Assembly (NCBI RefSeq): GCF_009914755.1 | Contig: NC_060928.1 | Length of the DNA: 64,000 nucleotides | DNA from: the human T2T-CHM13v2.0 reference genome, Homo sapiens | Direction: 5' to 3' (one strand) | Part shown: positions 41,901 to 56,670 of the stretch, piece after piece | Layout: each line of letters opens with the position of its first letter | Numbering within the stretch: the stretch's first letter is position 1 | Translations under genes and position numbers: made by a program | Notes under the pieces: generated by a model | Databases searched by the model: none | What the model was told of the DNA's origin: nothing | The model's input: the letters and a program-made list of their open reading frames with translations, nothing else

Positions 41901-42949
41901 GTCCTGATACATTGTCAAATATGTTTATTTACACTATTATCACCTAAAGAAGAATCCTTATTGCCTGACGTGCTGGGGAAATGAATAATTACTTCAGTAT
42001 CAAACTGTTCCACATAAATAAATGTTCCCGTTACATTAACTTATTCCATCAAGTAACCAACACTTTTGATGAATATTTATTCACAAAGAAATTTCATACT
42101 TTCCTGACTTCTTTGCCAGAGTTCATTAATTAGAAGTTTTTTGCAAAGATTCTGGAACAGCACTAGGAATGTTTTTGATGTTTAAATGTTGTTTTCTAGG
42201 TAATGGATTCAGAACTTTTGGAGTATATAAAGTTGTTTATGTACCCTTATGAAACACTACTATTTTCTTTTTAGGTTTTTATCTCCTTTTGGATAGTTTT
42301 CTGCATTCCTACTGTAGACATGATTTCACATATTATTTATGCCTATGTTTTATATTTTTATTATGGAATATTTCCTACTCCTCCTAATTTGCTACTCCAA
42401 CTCATTTGTGGACTACTGGAAAAATCTATAACTGAGCTTATAGGAATTGGACACTAGGAGCAAAGAAACGCTTAGTGAGAAAATGATTTGTTTTCCTTTG
42501 AGTTAACTGCTCAAAATTTAATGTTTGTCCTTCTGACATTAGGCCTAGAGGACAATCGTAATTCACTCTTAATTAACTTTATAGCTGAAAGTAGGAGACA
42601 CCTTCTTCCTGAAACTTTGACTGTAGGTTCACCCTCAAATTCTTCCCCCTTTTCTCTTTCTAGTTTGGCTCTTTTCCCTGAGGCTGCCTACATGTGGACA
42701 TTCGCACAAGATCCTGTCCTTAATACCCCTTATGTTTGCCATTTCCAATATTTTCTTTCACTACGTTCTCCTATTCCTGTGGCCAAAACTGTGACTTTTC
42801 TCTCTGTCCCTTCATCTCTGAAATTAAGACTTTAATTTCCAACTGCTAAATTTCTGGATGAGATTTCAAAGAAAACAGTTTTTAAAATAAGTGATTCATT
42901 TTCTTCCATAAGCCAAATATGTTCCCATTTGTTGTGAAGTAATGGAAGG

Positions 42950-43095
42950 AGCTTCCAATCTGGATTTAGAAGCATGGGGTTTGAGTTTCAGCTCTGCAAT
43001 TTATTATCTATGTGAACTTTACCAGGATGTATAATCTCTGCATTCCTTGGTTCTCTCTCCTGCAAATAGGTAAAATAATACCAAATCACAAGGGT
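42950..43095 (+). mobile_element. MIR
   Basis: ggggtttgagtttcagctctgc..atctctgcattccttggttctctctcctgcaaatagg. Confidence 0.6.
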
Positions 43096-43744
43096 GAGTG
43101 AGGGGAAGGGACATCCCCTCTTAGACTCCAGCTATAGTCATCCAGCCACATGTCAACAGCTGAGCTCCCATCCATCTGTTCTCAGTTCTGATGCAAGCAG
43201 GTGCTTCCTTCTCAGTCTTACCTCATGGTTTCTCTAACTTGGCTACATCTCGACCTCATCTCTCTTAACTCCAAGAAACATAGATTATCTTAGAAACATT
43301 TTTCTAAACACATCTGTAGCCATTTCCATACAATTGCCCCTGCATCCTATGATGCCTGGGACAGTTTGGGGAGCTTGTAGCTTTCCTGAAGATTATCCAG
43401 GAAAGAGAGGGCACCTAGAATCTTTCTTCTTTTATATCCTCAAACCTATAAGATATTCTATTGGCTTGGAAGCTAGAGAAAAATTGAACACTAGGCCCTT
43501 TTGGAGAACTCTCCATCATTTAAACCTCTCACTTCCCCTCTGATTCATCCCTCTATCCCCAATCTGTCTAGTATCTTTGAGAAAGGAAAATCAGCTCAGA
43601 TGGTCCAAATCCTTCCAAGTATTTTATTAAAACTAGAAAGCCAAGTATTTTAATCTTTTTCCTGACTAGTTCTGATATGTCAACCATCAGCTGAGATAAT
43701 AAGATTTTTTGCTCTATTTTGAATGGGAAAGGCTCATATAGCTT

Positions 43745-43822
43745 GAAGAAGAAGAAGAAGAAGAAGAAGAAGAAGAAGAAGAAGAAGAAGAAGAAGAAGA
43801 AGAAGAAGAAGAAGAAGAAGAA

Positions 43823-43857
<35 letters not shown>

Positions 43858-43938
43858 GGAGGAGGAGGAAGAGGAAGAGAAGGAAGAGGAAGAGGAAGAA
43901 GAAGATGAAGAAGAAGAAGAAGGGCAACAACAACAACA
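43745..43938 (+). repeat. (GAA)33 pure run, then a GAG/GAA mixed tract, then (CAA)4
   Basis: Counted directly: pure GAA from 43745 to 43843. Confidence 0.97.
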
Positions 43939-44346
43939 TTGCGGCACAAAAAGCATGATTAATCAGCATATCTCAATATCATCTTGCTACAAGTAGTAAA
44001 AGGATGAATCTAGCCAATGGTAGCAGGGACATTCTCAGCACAAGAAACAGGTATTTGCCTCGCACTGTAAGTTTAATAATTTTAATAAAGAAATGGCCCT
44101 GATTTCCTGGTGCCTTTATTTTAGACCTTTGGGAAGTTTCTTCTTTCTCTTCCAGCCTTTATTTCTTTCACCAGCCTTTTCTAGTCTTTTCACTACTCTT
44201 TTATTTTAACTATGCCTTTGCTTCACACACATTGACCCTTCCCTGTCTTGAGGTGTTGAGATCAACGTTCTGAGAGATAAGTGACTCAAATGGCAAGGAA
44301 AAGAGAAATGTCTTCTATAAGCATATAAGCCTGGGAAAGCCAACAT

Positions 44347-45033
44347 TGTAAGCACCTCAGCTTACAATGGGGCTATGTTCCAATAAACCCATGGTAAATT
44401 GCACATATTATAAGATGATACTGCAGTTAATACACCTAACCTATCAAACATCATAGCTTAGCCTATCCTACCTTAAACATGTTCAGGACACTTACAGTAG
44501 CCTACAGTTGGGCAAACTCATCTAACATAAAGCCTATTTTATAACAAACTGTTGAATATCTCATGTAACATATTGAATACTGTACTGAAAGTGACCAACA
44601 GGATGGTTGTGTGGGCTCTCACCATTAACATACACAGTTGAAAGCTCACTGCGACTGAATGATGTGAAGCATTTAACCAAAATTAATTGCTGGTTGCTTG
44701 GAAAGCTGCAGAGGCCGAGTCCTCAATCTCTCTTCTGATGAGACTTGAGAATAGTTGGTATAGAAGGCACTGGGCATCAACACTTGTTGACGGTTTAGCA
44801 GGCATATTGTTCTGCAGGAAGATACCAAGTATGGGTTATTTAACCTCCTGATCACGTGGCTGATTGGGAGCTGTGGCTCTCTGCAGCTGCCTGGGACCAC
44901 GAGAGGGTATCGTACCACATATTGCTAGCCTGGGAAAAGATGAAAATTCAAAATTGGAAGTACACTTCCTGCTGCATGCCTGTCATTTTTGCATCATCGT
45001 AGTCTGACTACCTTAAGTCGGAAACCATCTGTA
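44347..45033. mobile_element. Tigger2-family (MER28/Tigger2a-like) TcMar DNA transposon derivative
   Basis: cttacaatggggctatgttccaataaaccc..catcatagcttagcctatcctaccttaaac..ccttaagtcggaaaccatctg followed by ta. Confidence 0.85.
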
Positions 45034-46819
45034 CATATTACACACCTTTCTCTAGATCTACTCCCCTGCACGTTAGCTTAACAAAGATTCTGAAAATATT
45101 TGCAAAAAAAGAAGCCTGTTTAAATTTTAGCAACTGTTTTACAAACATCTACTGACAATCTGCATTTAAAGTAAGAAATGTATATGCTCCTTTGGAGAAA
45201 GTTGCTCTAGTGGAGAAAGAGGGGTTCTAGATATTTTTCTAGTTTCTTAAACTGGTATACTTTACAATTGAAAGTAATTTTAGGGGACTCTGGCAATGGG
45301 TAGTAGAGCTCTCCACACTTCCAATGGTGAGGCCTCTATTTTGTTAAACAACAAAAAAAGACATCTTATAGAGGTACTTTATATCAGTTAGGGGCTTAGG
45401 AACCAATACTTTCAGAAAGACAAAGTGTATTTTTTTCTTATCTCTCTGTGGGAAAATATATAGATATTTTGGATAAAAGAGGGAGACAAGCTCATGCAAA
45501 AAAAATCCTTAAATAATGCATAAACTTCAAAGTCTATTTGAGTTTTATTCAATTCTTTTGTCTCAGGAGGTTTACAATTTAGCTAATGTTTCCCTCTCTC
45601 CCAGTTCATATCACATCAATCTGCCCTTTGACAAGAGACTTGCCATTTAGTCTTTCCATAGTCAACATGTGATATTTTTCCTGAAGAACTGAGGAGACTT
45701 AGATTTTGAGTAAAACCACAGTGAGGCCATTCTTTGCTTTATTGAGAGCTTGACTCTTTCTATACCTAAAGTTTAAAGTATCTGCAGGTCTGGGACATAG
45801 ACAAACTGAAATAAAAATTTAAAACCAGATTGTCCTTGGTGCTAGGAAATTCAGTTGGAACGTGTGCGTGTGCGTGTGTGTTTGTGTGTGTGTGTGTATG
45901 TGTTTAATCTAAGAATTATCTTATGTCAACCATGTGTCCTTATTAAATGCAGACCGAAGTTTGGGAAGTCTCCATTTCGTTATTATTCTCCATACTCAGA
46001 TTAAAATGTAAGGAGATAGAAAGAGAAATGCAAGAGTCAGTGGTCTCTGAAGTAAAAGCATTTTAAATGTTAAAGCTGAAATTAGATGTGAAGTTTCTAT
46101 TAAATGTGTTTCCAAGGGTTTGAAAATAGTGGAACACAGTTCACAGAATATCAAATGCTCTAAACCTGGCAAGATGATTTGCAAATTGACATAGAAAAAA
46201 AAAGCAGGGAAGATCAAACCAGAAAAATAATGAGACTCAGCAGCAAACACAATATTGTGTTTGATATCACCCGCGTGTTGGCTTATGAAGGAATTGCTAG
46301 CCATCAGTGAATCGGATGGTGTGGGACTGCCAGGGTGGGGAATAAATGCTGTCTAGCAGGTGTTTGATTTAGGCCTTGGCCTTCATTACTTAAACCCACC
46401 GGCAACCCAGAGTATGAAGTAAAAAGCAAGACGCTGAAGGTTTTGCTGCATGCCCTTACCTTTCCTGGAAGACATCTGGCCAGAAATCCTGGGATTTTAT
46501 TGGAAAGGCTCCTAAATTAGAGGTCTACTGATTTTTTTTTTTTTTGACAAATCCTGCTCAAATAATCCTGTTTGTCTTAGCAAAAATTGATTAAATTCTT
46601 AAATATGCACTGCTGCCTTGTTAACATTTTTCTTTGACCTTTTCTAATTGTTAAATCAAGTCTACTTATACTATTGTATATACTTATACAAAATTAGTAT
46701 ATCATTTTGTATTACTTACTTCTCACTTTGTCCTTTAAACCTTTATTCTTTCCAAACATCCGTTTTGCTGTAGATCATTATTCTTAACACGTTGTCTTTC
46801 TAATAACTTCTTTTCAATT

Positions 46820-47040
46820 TAAAAATTCTATTTATTGAGACTTGTTCTGTGTCATTCTGATAAAAACCACATACGCAGATCTATTTTAATCCTTGAAACA
46901 TTACAACAAAGAAGTATTATTATAACTATTTTAAGATAAAGAAATGAAGGCACAGAGGGCTTAAGTAACTTGCCAGAGTTTACACAAGTTGGTAATTTCT
47001 ATTCATACGTAGGTCTGACTACTTTCAGAATCTGCATTTT
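46820..47040 (-). mobile_element. MIR
   Basis: ttaagataaagaaatgaaggcacagagggcttaagtaacttgcc. Confidence 0.75.
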
Positions 47041-49154
47041 ATATCTAGGTAATAATGTTCATCTCTCATCTTAGCCTATTTTATATTTGTATACTTCCTA
47101 CTTATTGCTTTGTTTTTAGCTGATATTTGTTAGTTTTTGCCAATACTAAAAATATTAAAATATTAAAAACGTTTGATATATTCAAGCTAAAACTTGCTTT
47201 TAGTTCTTGAATCAACAGTTCTTGATTATAGTTCTTGAATAGGCCAGTAGCTCTATCTATTTTCTGATGAAAACATAAAGAGAGAGAGGAGATTTCTGAA
47301 ATGATTTTTTAGATATAATTTTAGTAAATTACCAAGGGACTCAAACATCCTAACAAAACGTCCAGATGTTGCTGTTTGTGGTATGTGCTCTTTGAGTAAT
47401 ACATGGCAGAGAGCTACTAATTATTAAGTAATGCATTGAAATAAATGTTCCTTTAATTACAATGGATTTCCATATATTTTCAGAGTACAAATTTGTGCAA
47501 TAATTATTAATTCATTTAGTCTACAGATAATGCTTGGTACACATAGATTCATGGTTCTCTTCCAAAAACTACATGTAACACCAGGGACCTGCAGTCTACC
47601 ACTGCTCCAAGCATGCAAATTATATATTTGTTCTTCAAGGAGTCTATGGCCCGAGTAGAAATTGTTCATGAAGACCTGGAAGCAGGGATCAGTAACTAAG
47701 CTGCTACATTTACTCATTCATTCTCTGGTTTTGGAGGAGCCCATGGGTCACATATGCTTGTGTGACTCTATTCAGCAGTGTTTATATTTGGCAGTGACAT
47801 AATATTGCTGAACTTAAAATTATATGTGTGGTTATTTTTTATCGAGTTACTTGTACATTCAAGTGAATAATAGATGATTTTCAAATAAGTCGTTTGCAGC
47901 AACTACTCAAAACCTATCCAAAATCTCTCTTTGATCACTACTCTCAGAGCCAGCATACTTACAAAAACCTCCAATCTAGGCAGATTAATTTGGATATAGG
48001 TTTGTGCATGTATGTTTAAGTTATTCTTGACTCCTCTCCTGCAAACCTTACAACGAATCCATTATTAGGAACTACTCATTTTAACTTTTCAATATGACCT
48101 AAATCCAAGTGTGCTCCTTACCACTTAAAATTAGATTATTAATTTCCTGATTTGTCCATAAACAATTTCCCCCAAACTAAAATGCAAGGTTCGTGAGGGC
48201 TGGAATTTGCTTGGTACATAATTCTCAATGAATATTTATTGAATAAGTGATGTACTATGAGCCAAAACATTATCAATGGGATGAAAGAGATCATTAAGCT
48301 ACTTCTTTTGCATCATACCAAATCCTTAAAATTCTCAAAATTTCTACCTACTATGCTTGATTGACTCCTTGACCTTGAAGGTGAATTCTACAGGAGCCTT
48401 GCCACTGATGTCAAGGTAACAAATCATCATTGTTTTTTTCTCCTGGCTTTTATTTTTGCCTTATTGACCTTAGTGTATTTGGCATTTTCTACTGTGCTTT
48501 GTTCTTTTGTTTCTAGGTCATGGAGAAAATAACACGTTTCATTCCTACTTATGATTATCTTTAAATTATGTTGCCTTGACTAATTTCTCTTGACTGATTA
48601 TCAGAAATTTCAAGTTCTTGCTATTGCTGTTTAACACTCATGATTTTTGACATAATCCTCATAGAAAATGTCTTCAAGTTCGTGTAGAGTTTCAGAGTTA
48701 GGTTTTTTCTGAGTCAACGTATTATACATAAATTATCATTGTCACACTTCACAGTTTTCTGTATCCATCGGGTTATTAGAAAACTGTTTCATAATCAACA
48801 CATGAATTCCCCTACCTTTTAATGCTTTCCAAAAAGTTTTACTCATGGCATTATTTTATAGCTATAGGCCACATTAAATATGTCAGTCATCAGGAAGATT
48901 TTATAACATCTTGTTATATTATACCATCTATTACATCTTGGGGTATAGTAATTAATATCACTTTATTGTGAATATTATAATTATTTTTACACCAACATGT
49001 CTTCACTTTTTTTTTACTTGCTAGAGAAAAATAAGAATGACTAATTTTGAATGTCTCACTTCCAACAATGGAGGCACATTGTAGCATGTCACTAAAACAA
49101 TCAACTTTCAACCTCTTTCTCAAAAACCTTATTAAATAATTATACTATCCCAAC

Positions 49155-49308
49155 TATATTTGTTCATTTTCACACTACTATAAAGACATACCTGAGACTG
49201 GGTAATTATGAAGAAAAGAGAGTTTATTGGCTCACAGTTCTGCATGGCTGGGGGTGCCTCAGGAAACTTATACGATCATGGCAGAAAGCGGAGGGGAAGC
49301 AAGGAACG
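49155..49308 (-). mobile_element. MST/THE1-type LTR fragment
   Basis: ctataaagacatacctgagactgggtaatt..ggctcacagttctgcatggctggg..tcaggaaactta..catggcagaa. Confidence 0.9.
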
Positions 49309-49615
49309 GGTCAATATAAATGCTGGGTTCACATAGCCAAATTGTGAGAACATAGTGGGCAGAAAAAAATCCTCTGCATTATAAGCATTCAGGAAAGTAA
49401 GTGTTTGTTCCCTCCCACCTGGGGCAATCTGTGTCCTCGATTTGCTTTGAGCTTGTCTCTTGGATTTGGAGGTTAAATCATGGTCTTTTAAAAATTTTGA
49501 CATATTCTTGCAACATTTTCTTAATTCATGTTCAAATAAGGTCCCATTTTACTGAGACTTATCAAGCATAATGCAAATTCTGCTATTTAGTAATTTAGAA
49601 AAGTGGTGTTTCTTT

Positions 49616-49746
49616 TTTTGGGGGGGGGGGTGGCGGGGGACGGAGTCTCGCTCTGTCGCCCAGTCTGGAGTGCGGTGGCGGTGATCTCCGCTCACTGCAA
49701 GCTCCGCCTCCCGGGTTCACGCCATTCTCCTGCCTCAGCCTCCCGA
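49616..49746 (-). mobile_element. 5'-truncated AluY (3' part of right arm) with TSD
   Basis: gacggagtctcgctctgtcgcccag..gcaagctccgcctcccgggttcacgccattc. Flanked by gaaaagtggtgtttcttt and gaaaactggtgtttcttt. Confidence 0.93.
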
Positions 49747-51510
49747 GAAAACTGGTGTTTCTTTACTTTCTTCCCTCTTGTATATTTCTCCATGTATATT
49801 TTATTTCTTAACTCAGAGGCCCAGAAACAATAGACTAAGTTGGACAAATAGTGTGTCTTCATGGTTCTTCCACTCTACCTATTGGCCATGGGCCAAATCA
49901 TCCAACTTGCTCTGTTGGTACAATGAAATAGATGCATTAGTCTTGATCGATAAAGTTTCAATTAGTTGAAATAATAAAAATGTAACAGTTACATTATTTC
50001 AAGCCACCTCAGAAATCTGAATGGGGTACTTTACAATCCAAATTAAAATGTATAGAGGTTTCTATGTTCATGTTTAAAATGAAGCATAGAATGTACTTGA
50101 TTTTTTAAAAATGAGTCATGAACTAATTGAGCAAAGAAAGGCTAAGAGATAGAGGAATACATGTTTAATACTCATCATACTGAGGACTAAAAGGTTATGT
50201 CCAGAATCATCTCAGTATTCTGGCTCATGCCTTGCCCTCTACCAGAAACCAGAAGAAATAATATAGTTTATTGTGTTTTAAATATTCAACCAAAACCCAG
50301 GATCATAAACATGTAAACTGTTAAGTTTCTTTTAAAACATAGCCATAATCAATATTTATTGTTAAAGAAAATTCATCTGAAAAGGAAGAATTATTTATAT
50401 GAGTAAATTATAAAATAATAAAATCTGAGATACATTATTATGTATTCTCCATGTGATTTTACAATAATGCTGTGTTCTTCGTCTACATTAATAGTTATTA
50501 TCCTTTAGAGAAGGAGAGGCAAAGCCCGAAAGAGTGGAGCATATTTGGAGAGTGAACAGACAATTTAACCAGAATCTCTAAACAGTGGAAAGAAATCCAA
50601 TACACAACTGAAACTAGGCTTTATCAAAGGGATTGCATGAAAGAGATCAGTAAAGTAGAAAAGAGTTCAGGAATGTTTAATCCCAAAGGAATAACATTTA
50701 TCAAAGCAATTTGCAAGAATAATTCTGTCACTTCTGCTTTTATAAACAAAGGATAGCAAATGAGTTTCTAACATTTACTACTGAATTTGAAGCAGTTTTT
50801 CAGGAGCAGGGATGTGATGTCATTACTGCTGTAGTCTTTTTGGTAGACAAAAGGGCAAACCTGGCATTGATTTAAAATGTATTCCCAATAGACATTGATT
50901 TTGAAAGACATGTAGTTTTACAAAAGAAAGAAAGAAAAAAAAAGGAATGTATGCCAATTCTTTTAATAAAGAGCAAAGAAAACCTGACTTCTATTTTCTT
51001 TTTCTACACTTAGCTGTATGACTTGGATATCAGAATTTTGAATAAAAATACAATTTATTAGCTGAAAGTTTGATTAAATGTTATTTTTTACGTTGAAAAC
51101 TCAATGAAGCCAGAAAAACTGAGGCTAATATTGGAATGTTTAAACGATTGTTGTTGTTTTTCTAGCCTCTAACATATATTTATGAATGCTTGACTCATAT
51201 GTCAACAAGGCTAAATAATCTACCAGTTAGTTGGGGGACATGACGGGGGTTAAACAGTTCCCCAGTCTTTTTCACAAAAAAAAAAATTACCAGCTTTCTG
51301 GGTTTCATGGGGGTAATTGTGAGGTGTGAAGAAACAACTGCTACATAAGAAGAGGAATATAAAGGTTTTATTATTCAGAATACAGACAGTAGTGAAATAG
51401 TGGCTTAAACGAGGTGCAAATATATTTCTCTCTCAAAAATATATTTCTCTCTACTCCAAACATCTGGATATATAGTCCAGGGAAGATGTGATAGCTACTT
51501 AATCATCTAG

Positions 51511-51849
<339 letters not shown>

Positions 51850-53049
51850 AACAAATTATTTTTATTTCATATACTTTATGGCTACTACAACCTCTGCCAT
51901 CACCTCTGTGTTCCACCAGCAGATAGTTAAAGGAGTAGTAGAGAGCATGTCTCCTTTCTTTAAGGATACAATTCAGAAGTTGGACATTTCATGTCCACTT
52001 AGAACCCATTAGCAAAATATAGAATTGCACTTAACTGTAGGGAAATTTTTAAAAATACAGACATTGTTTGAGGTGGGCATGAATTGCTAAAATTAAGGAG
52101 TTCTATTACCATAGGAAGAAGAGAAAATATGCACTGAGAGAAATTTTCCAGTATTTGCCCCTAGATCATCCTACTAATCTTTGTAAACTACAGCAATAAA
52201 ATTTCCATCAGCTCCGCAACTTTTCTATAATTTAAAATTAATTAAGATTAAATGAAAGCTTAATTAATTTTAGCTCACTAGATGTTTGTATAAACCTTTT
52301 ATAGTCTATTTTTAAAAGGGTAACTTTTTCCAAAACTGATAAAAATTGACTTAGTCATTTTATCTCTCCATTGAAGAAATTAAGGCTAAAATAATAACTA
52401 AGACTTCTTTATGTACATAACCTAAAGATCTGTGATTCCACTAAGAATTTATAATTTATAATGTTATTTATCATGTTCTTATATTTTAATAATCTAATGT
52501 GTATTTTTGATACCAGATATTTGATCAACTTTCCACAGTTAATAATAGTATTGCATATTGTATACACAAAAAAATTGAAAAAGTCCATTGGGATGAATTA
52601 TTTTTTAAACAAATGCCTTATCAATAATACCTTTGAGTATCTACAATTGCTTATGTGGTGGAAGGAAAGGGAAAACATGTCTTAGAAAAGTTTTTCATGG
52701 CCTTTACTTATTTGAAAAGGTACTGTCTGATGGAGGGATGAAGTGCAAATAAATAAAAATAAATACTGCCAGGATCGGAGAGCACTTTTCAGTTTTCATC
52801 TACCATGTCTCCTTGTGACCTGATCCACATAACTGAGGCAACGTACAGAACAAAGGCCTTTTTTAATGACTATAGAATAAACTGCTTGGTAAACCTATAG
52901 TCTTTTGCGTGCCTAGTATCATAAAACTAGCTCTAAGTTATTTTGGAACTGAATTTCTTTTTAGTAGGATTATAGGGAGAAAAGAATTAGATGTCACTAA
53001 ATATGTTCAGGTAACCAGAGAAAAGTTGATGGCTCTTTGGCTGCTAAAG

Positions 53050-53215
53050 CCATATAGTAGAAAGCTTGGTAGCTTCAGGGTGACATGACGTGGTTTTGAA
53101 TCCTTCGACACTAACTAGGTCTTAAGCCTTGAGCAAGTTTCTTAATCTTGCTTAAACCTCCTAGGGAAAACTGAGATATAATCATGACATCAAGATTACC
53201 ATGAGGATTAATGTG
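53050..53215 (+). mobile_element. MIR
   Basis: ccttgagcaagtttcttaatc..gaggattaa. Confidence 0.55.
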
Positions 53216-54544
53216 GTAAGAAGGGATACCCTTAACCTAGTGATCCTAAACCACAGGTACCAGCTGCTTCTTTCCTTCCCTTCTTTTGTTTGTATTTTTT
53301 TTTCATAGTAAGTTACTAACAGATAAACTACTGGTGAGCTATCGTATGCCCACCATCAAATTTCCCTACTATCAAAGCTGATGGATTTTTTTTACAACTT
53401 TTAGAATGAAGGAAGAATTATTAAATGAATGATTGAAGAATTAAGCTTTATTAACATACTATGATGTGGTTTACATTTGAAAGTATGTCAATAATGCAGA
53501 ATTGTAAAGCAAAAATAAAGGAGTTAAAGGGCAAAAATAAAATGTGAGGGGGCATTAGCAATATTCCAGCAGGACATCTTGGTGATTGTTTTGCTTCCTC
53601 TGGTCTGGGTGATTTACCAACATTGTTTAGCATTTCTGTTTGCTTTCAGAAATCAGTTCTTCACCAGCTCTAAACCTCACAACACTTAGGACAAATAGAG
53701 AGATAAAATCTTTTTAATAGCCTAGCAATTCATTTGGTGCACAAAAAAGCCTAGTGGAAAAGTGACTCTGATAAAACATTTTAGCATAAAAATATCAATT
53801 ATTTTACACAAATTATTTAGAAGATATTTTTATTTGAATGTCTTAGTGCAGAAGCAACATTTTAAAACATCTTACTCTCTTGTAAGTAAGATTACACTGC
53901 CTCTATTTCTTGCCTGTTGTCATAAAGGTATCAAGACTTGAAGAGCTAATTTCATTATACATGGCTTTATGTTAAACTTGAGATTTTTGCTCCAAGCATA
54001 TTGAGATAACTTATAATACTAATACCTATAACAATGAAAAAGTGAAAAAGCCCATACAGGCAGCATAATGATTTGTTTCAGTTTCAGATAAACTAATTTC
54101 TGAGAATTAAAAAAAGCCAATCATAAAATTCAATATTTTTACATTGTTTAAATAAATAAACATCACAAGGCTTGTCAATGTATTTTATTGTTCTGTTGAT
54201 TATTTGTTGTTTGTTAGGTATAATCTGGAAGTAATAGATTAGAGAAGAAAAGTTATCCTAGGAGTTACAGATGGTAATTCTGCATCCAGCCTAGGCAGTT
54301 CTCTTACCGCCTACCACAGGATCCTGGAAAAGGAAGACTATGAGAGGTAAAGAGAAGCATAGCTAAGAAAGATGAGAAGAATAGGTTTTATAGGAAGATA
54401 AAGTTTTTTCTCAAAAAAGAATAAGCAAGAATTAAGCTTCTACCCTCTAGCAATTCATAACTTAGTAAGAAGAAAGTAGACAAACATGTAAATAACAAAT
54501 TACAAAAAAACAAAAAACTATTTCATGAAAAGAATACACAATAT

Positions 54545-54740
54545 CATTATACTTCAAGGGAAATGCAAATTAAAACCACAGTAAGATATCACCTCATGCC
54601 CACCAGAAAAGCTAAAACTAAAGAAACAAAAACAAGAAAACAAACAAACAAAAAACCCAAACAGACAACATCAAATGTCGGCAAAATATAGAACAACTAG
54701 GACTCTCATGCAGAATTTGTAGGAGTATATATTGGCATTA
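54545..54740 (+). mobile_element. L1M fragment
   Basis: agggaaatgcaaattaaaaccacagtaagatatcacctcatgcccaccaga. Confidence 0.8.
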
Positions 54741-56379
54741 CCTGTGTATTCCAGACATACCTTTAAGGTGGCATTAGAGGGTAAGAAAACTGATTTTATT
54801 TGTTCACTGCTTACTTAAGCTAGGACATGATACTACATGTTTGTTATGTTTTGGTCCAAAGTAGTGGTTTCCTATTTGCCTCAAATTTTACTGATGGAAG
54901 AAAAAATCCTTAGCTGAGAAGACTTGATCTCATTCAAATATGTTTTATAAAATTTGGAAGATGATATTTAAGTGTCTCTGACTTACCTAGAAACCACTGA
55001 TATCTTCCATGAATCCAAATTGAATACTGCAAGTATTTTAGCCTTTTTGAGACAGTAAGTTCCATAAAATTTCTGGTTAAAAAGGAAGAAATGTGTTAAC
55101 CATGTTCCCAGTAATCAGTCTCAACACGGAGCCTTCTCCGTTTCCAATATTCATCCTGAGTCAATCAAAGGAAGGAGGCAGAAGAAGATGCTGAGTGGAG
55201 ATGCATCACATTGCACATAAATGCTTTCCACATGCACCTATTGGGATCTGAATCTAATTGGGCTGTCATTTGCATGGCTAGATTCTTGTTGAATCTAGTT
55301 ATACTTTTTTGTTGTTTGTTTGCTGACATCTGTTACCAATTAGTTTCATACAATGATTTGCTTGGCTGAAACATGAATCTTTCATTAATTTACTTTAAAT
55401 TGAGAGGTTAGATTTGCAATCTCCAGTCCATCCATGTTAGAGCCAATCAGAGAAGAGCAATGTGTATATGTAGTATGCCTTTTCCTGCCTAACTATTAAA
55501 GTTATTTTTGTATTGCCTCAGAAACCCTAGAAAGTTACTTAAAGAAGACTCCCTTCAAATTCTTTAGCCAGGATTTTAGATTTCAGAAGGTCAAGGACTT
55601 ATAATTCGGCAAAGCCAAAATCTTGTCTTTACTTCTTGTTAGTAAGCTGGCCATTTCAAAGAGCATGGCAATTATGCCACACCAGTGAAAAGATGTAGTT
55701 TTGATTAATTTTATTCCTTTTCAAATATTTTTCTCACTGTTACTCTTATTATGTTATTCTAAAAGAAAAGCTATCAATATATCTATTCACACTTTCAAAA
55801 ATTATCCACATGAAGGTGTTCAAATTTCGATATTGTATTACAGTGTACTCAAAGTCTCTAAAATTAGCAGAAGATGAGATTGTTATTAATAAGTTTATTA
55901 TTTTTTCAAGGTTCTTCAGTTTGGGAAACAAAGAATTGGGTATGCTTTTTCACGATCAGTTCAATTCTAGGAGGGCTCCTACTGGCCTGCATGGTATCTC
56001 TGTCTTGGGATTGTGTGAAATTTGGCCACAAGAATGGTGTAGGTGTGCTGATTCAATCTGAACCATGATGACTTTAACCTTGTTGGTAAACTATCAGTAT
56101 CCCAGAGACTGATCATACTACAAGGCTTCCTAAGTGTTGCTCCATAATGCCAGTGAGCCCTTCCAACCATGTTGCCTTTTGTCTCCATTGATGTGGTCAC
56201 GTTGTATTCTCTTCAGTTTATCTTAAGTAGTTCCAGATGAGGGATGATCATTTCTTTCATAAATGAGAACACTTTTTTGTCTCTGCTGTGGGACCTTCCT
56301 ATCCTCCCTACTGGAAGCAACATGTAAAAGGTAGGGGGAAGGGCAATATACAAGTCCATTGCTTGCTATGTGGCCCCCA

Positions 56380-56670
56380 TATGCAGTTCACAACATGGCT
56401 CACCTGAAACTTTGCTTACTTCTAAGCCAGCAGAGGTACCTTCCTCTGATGCATCTCCTTCTCCTAAAGGCTCCTCTGATTTAAGTTTAGCCCACCCAGG
56501 ATAATCTCCCTTTTGATTAACACAAAGTCAACACATTAGTGATCTAATTACATGAGTGATTTTCTATCATACTCACACATTCCCTCACTCTCAAGAGGAA
56601 AGGATTGCACAAGAGGTGTACACCAAAGGGTGGGAATCTTGGGGTCATCTTGGAATCTTGCCTACCCACC
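56380..56670 (-). mobile_element. MLT1-type LTR fragment
   Basis: gcccacccaggataatctcccttttgattaa..gggaatcttggggtcatcttggaatcttgcctacc. Confidence 0.7.

Noticed and set aside
43568-43969. Poly-K/F/S/L ORFs
   Set aside because: They are translations of the GAA microsatellite.
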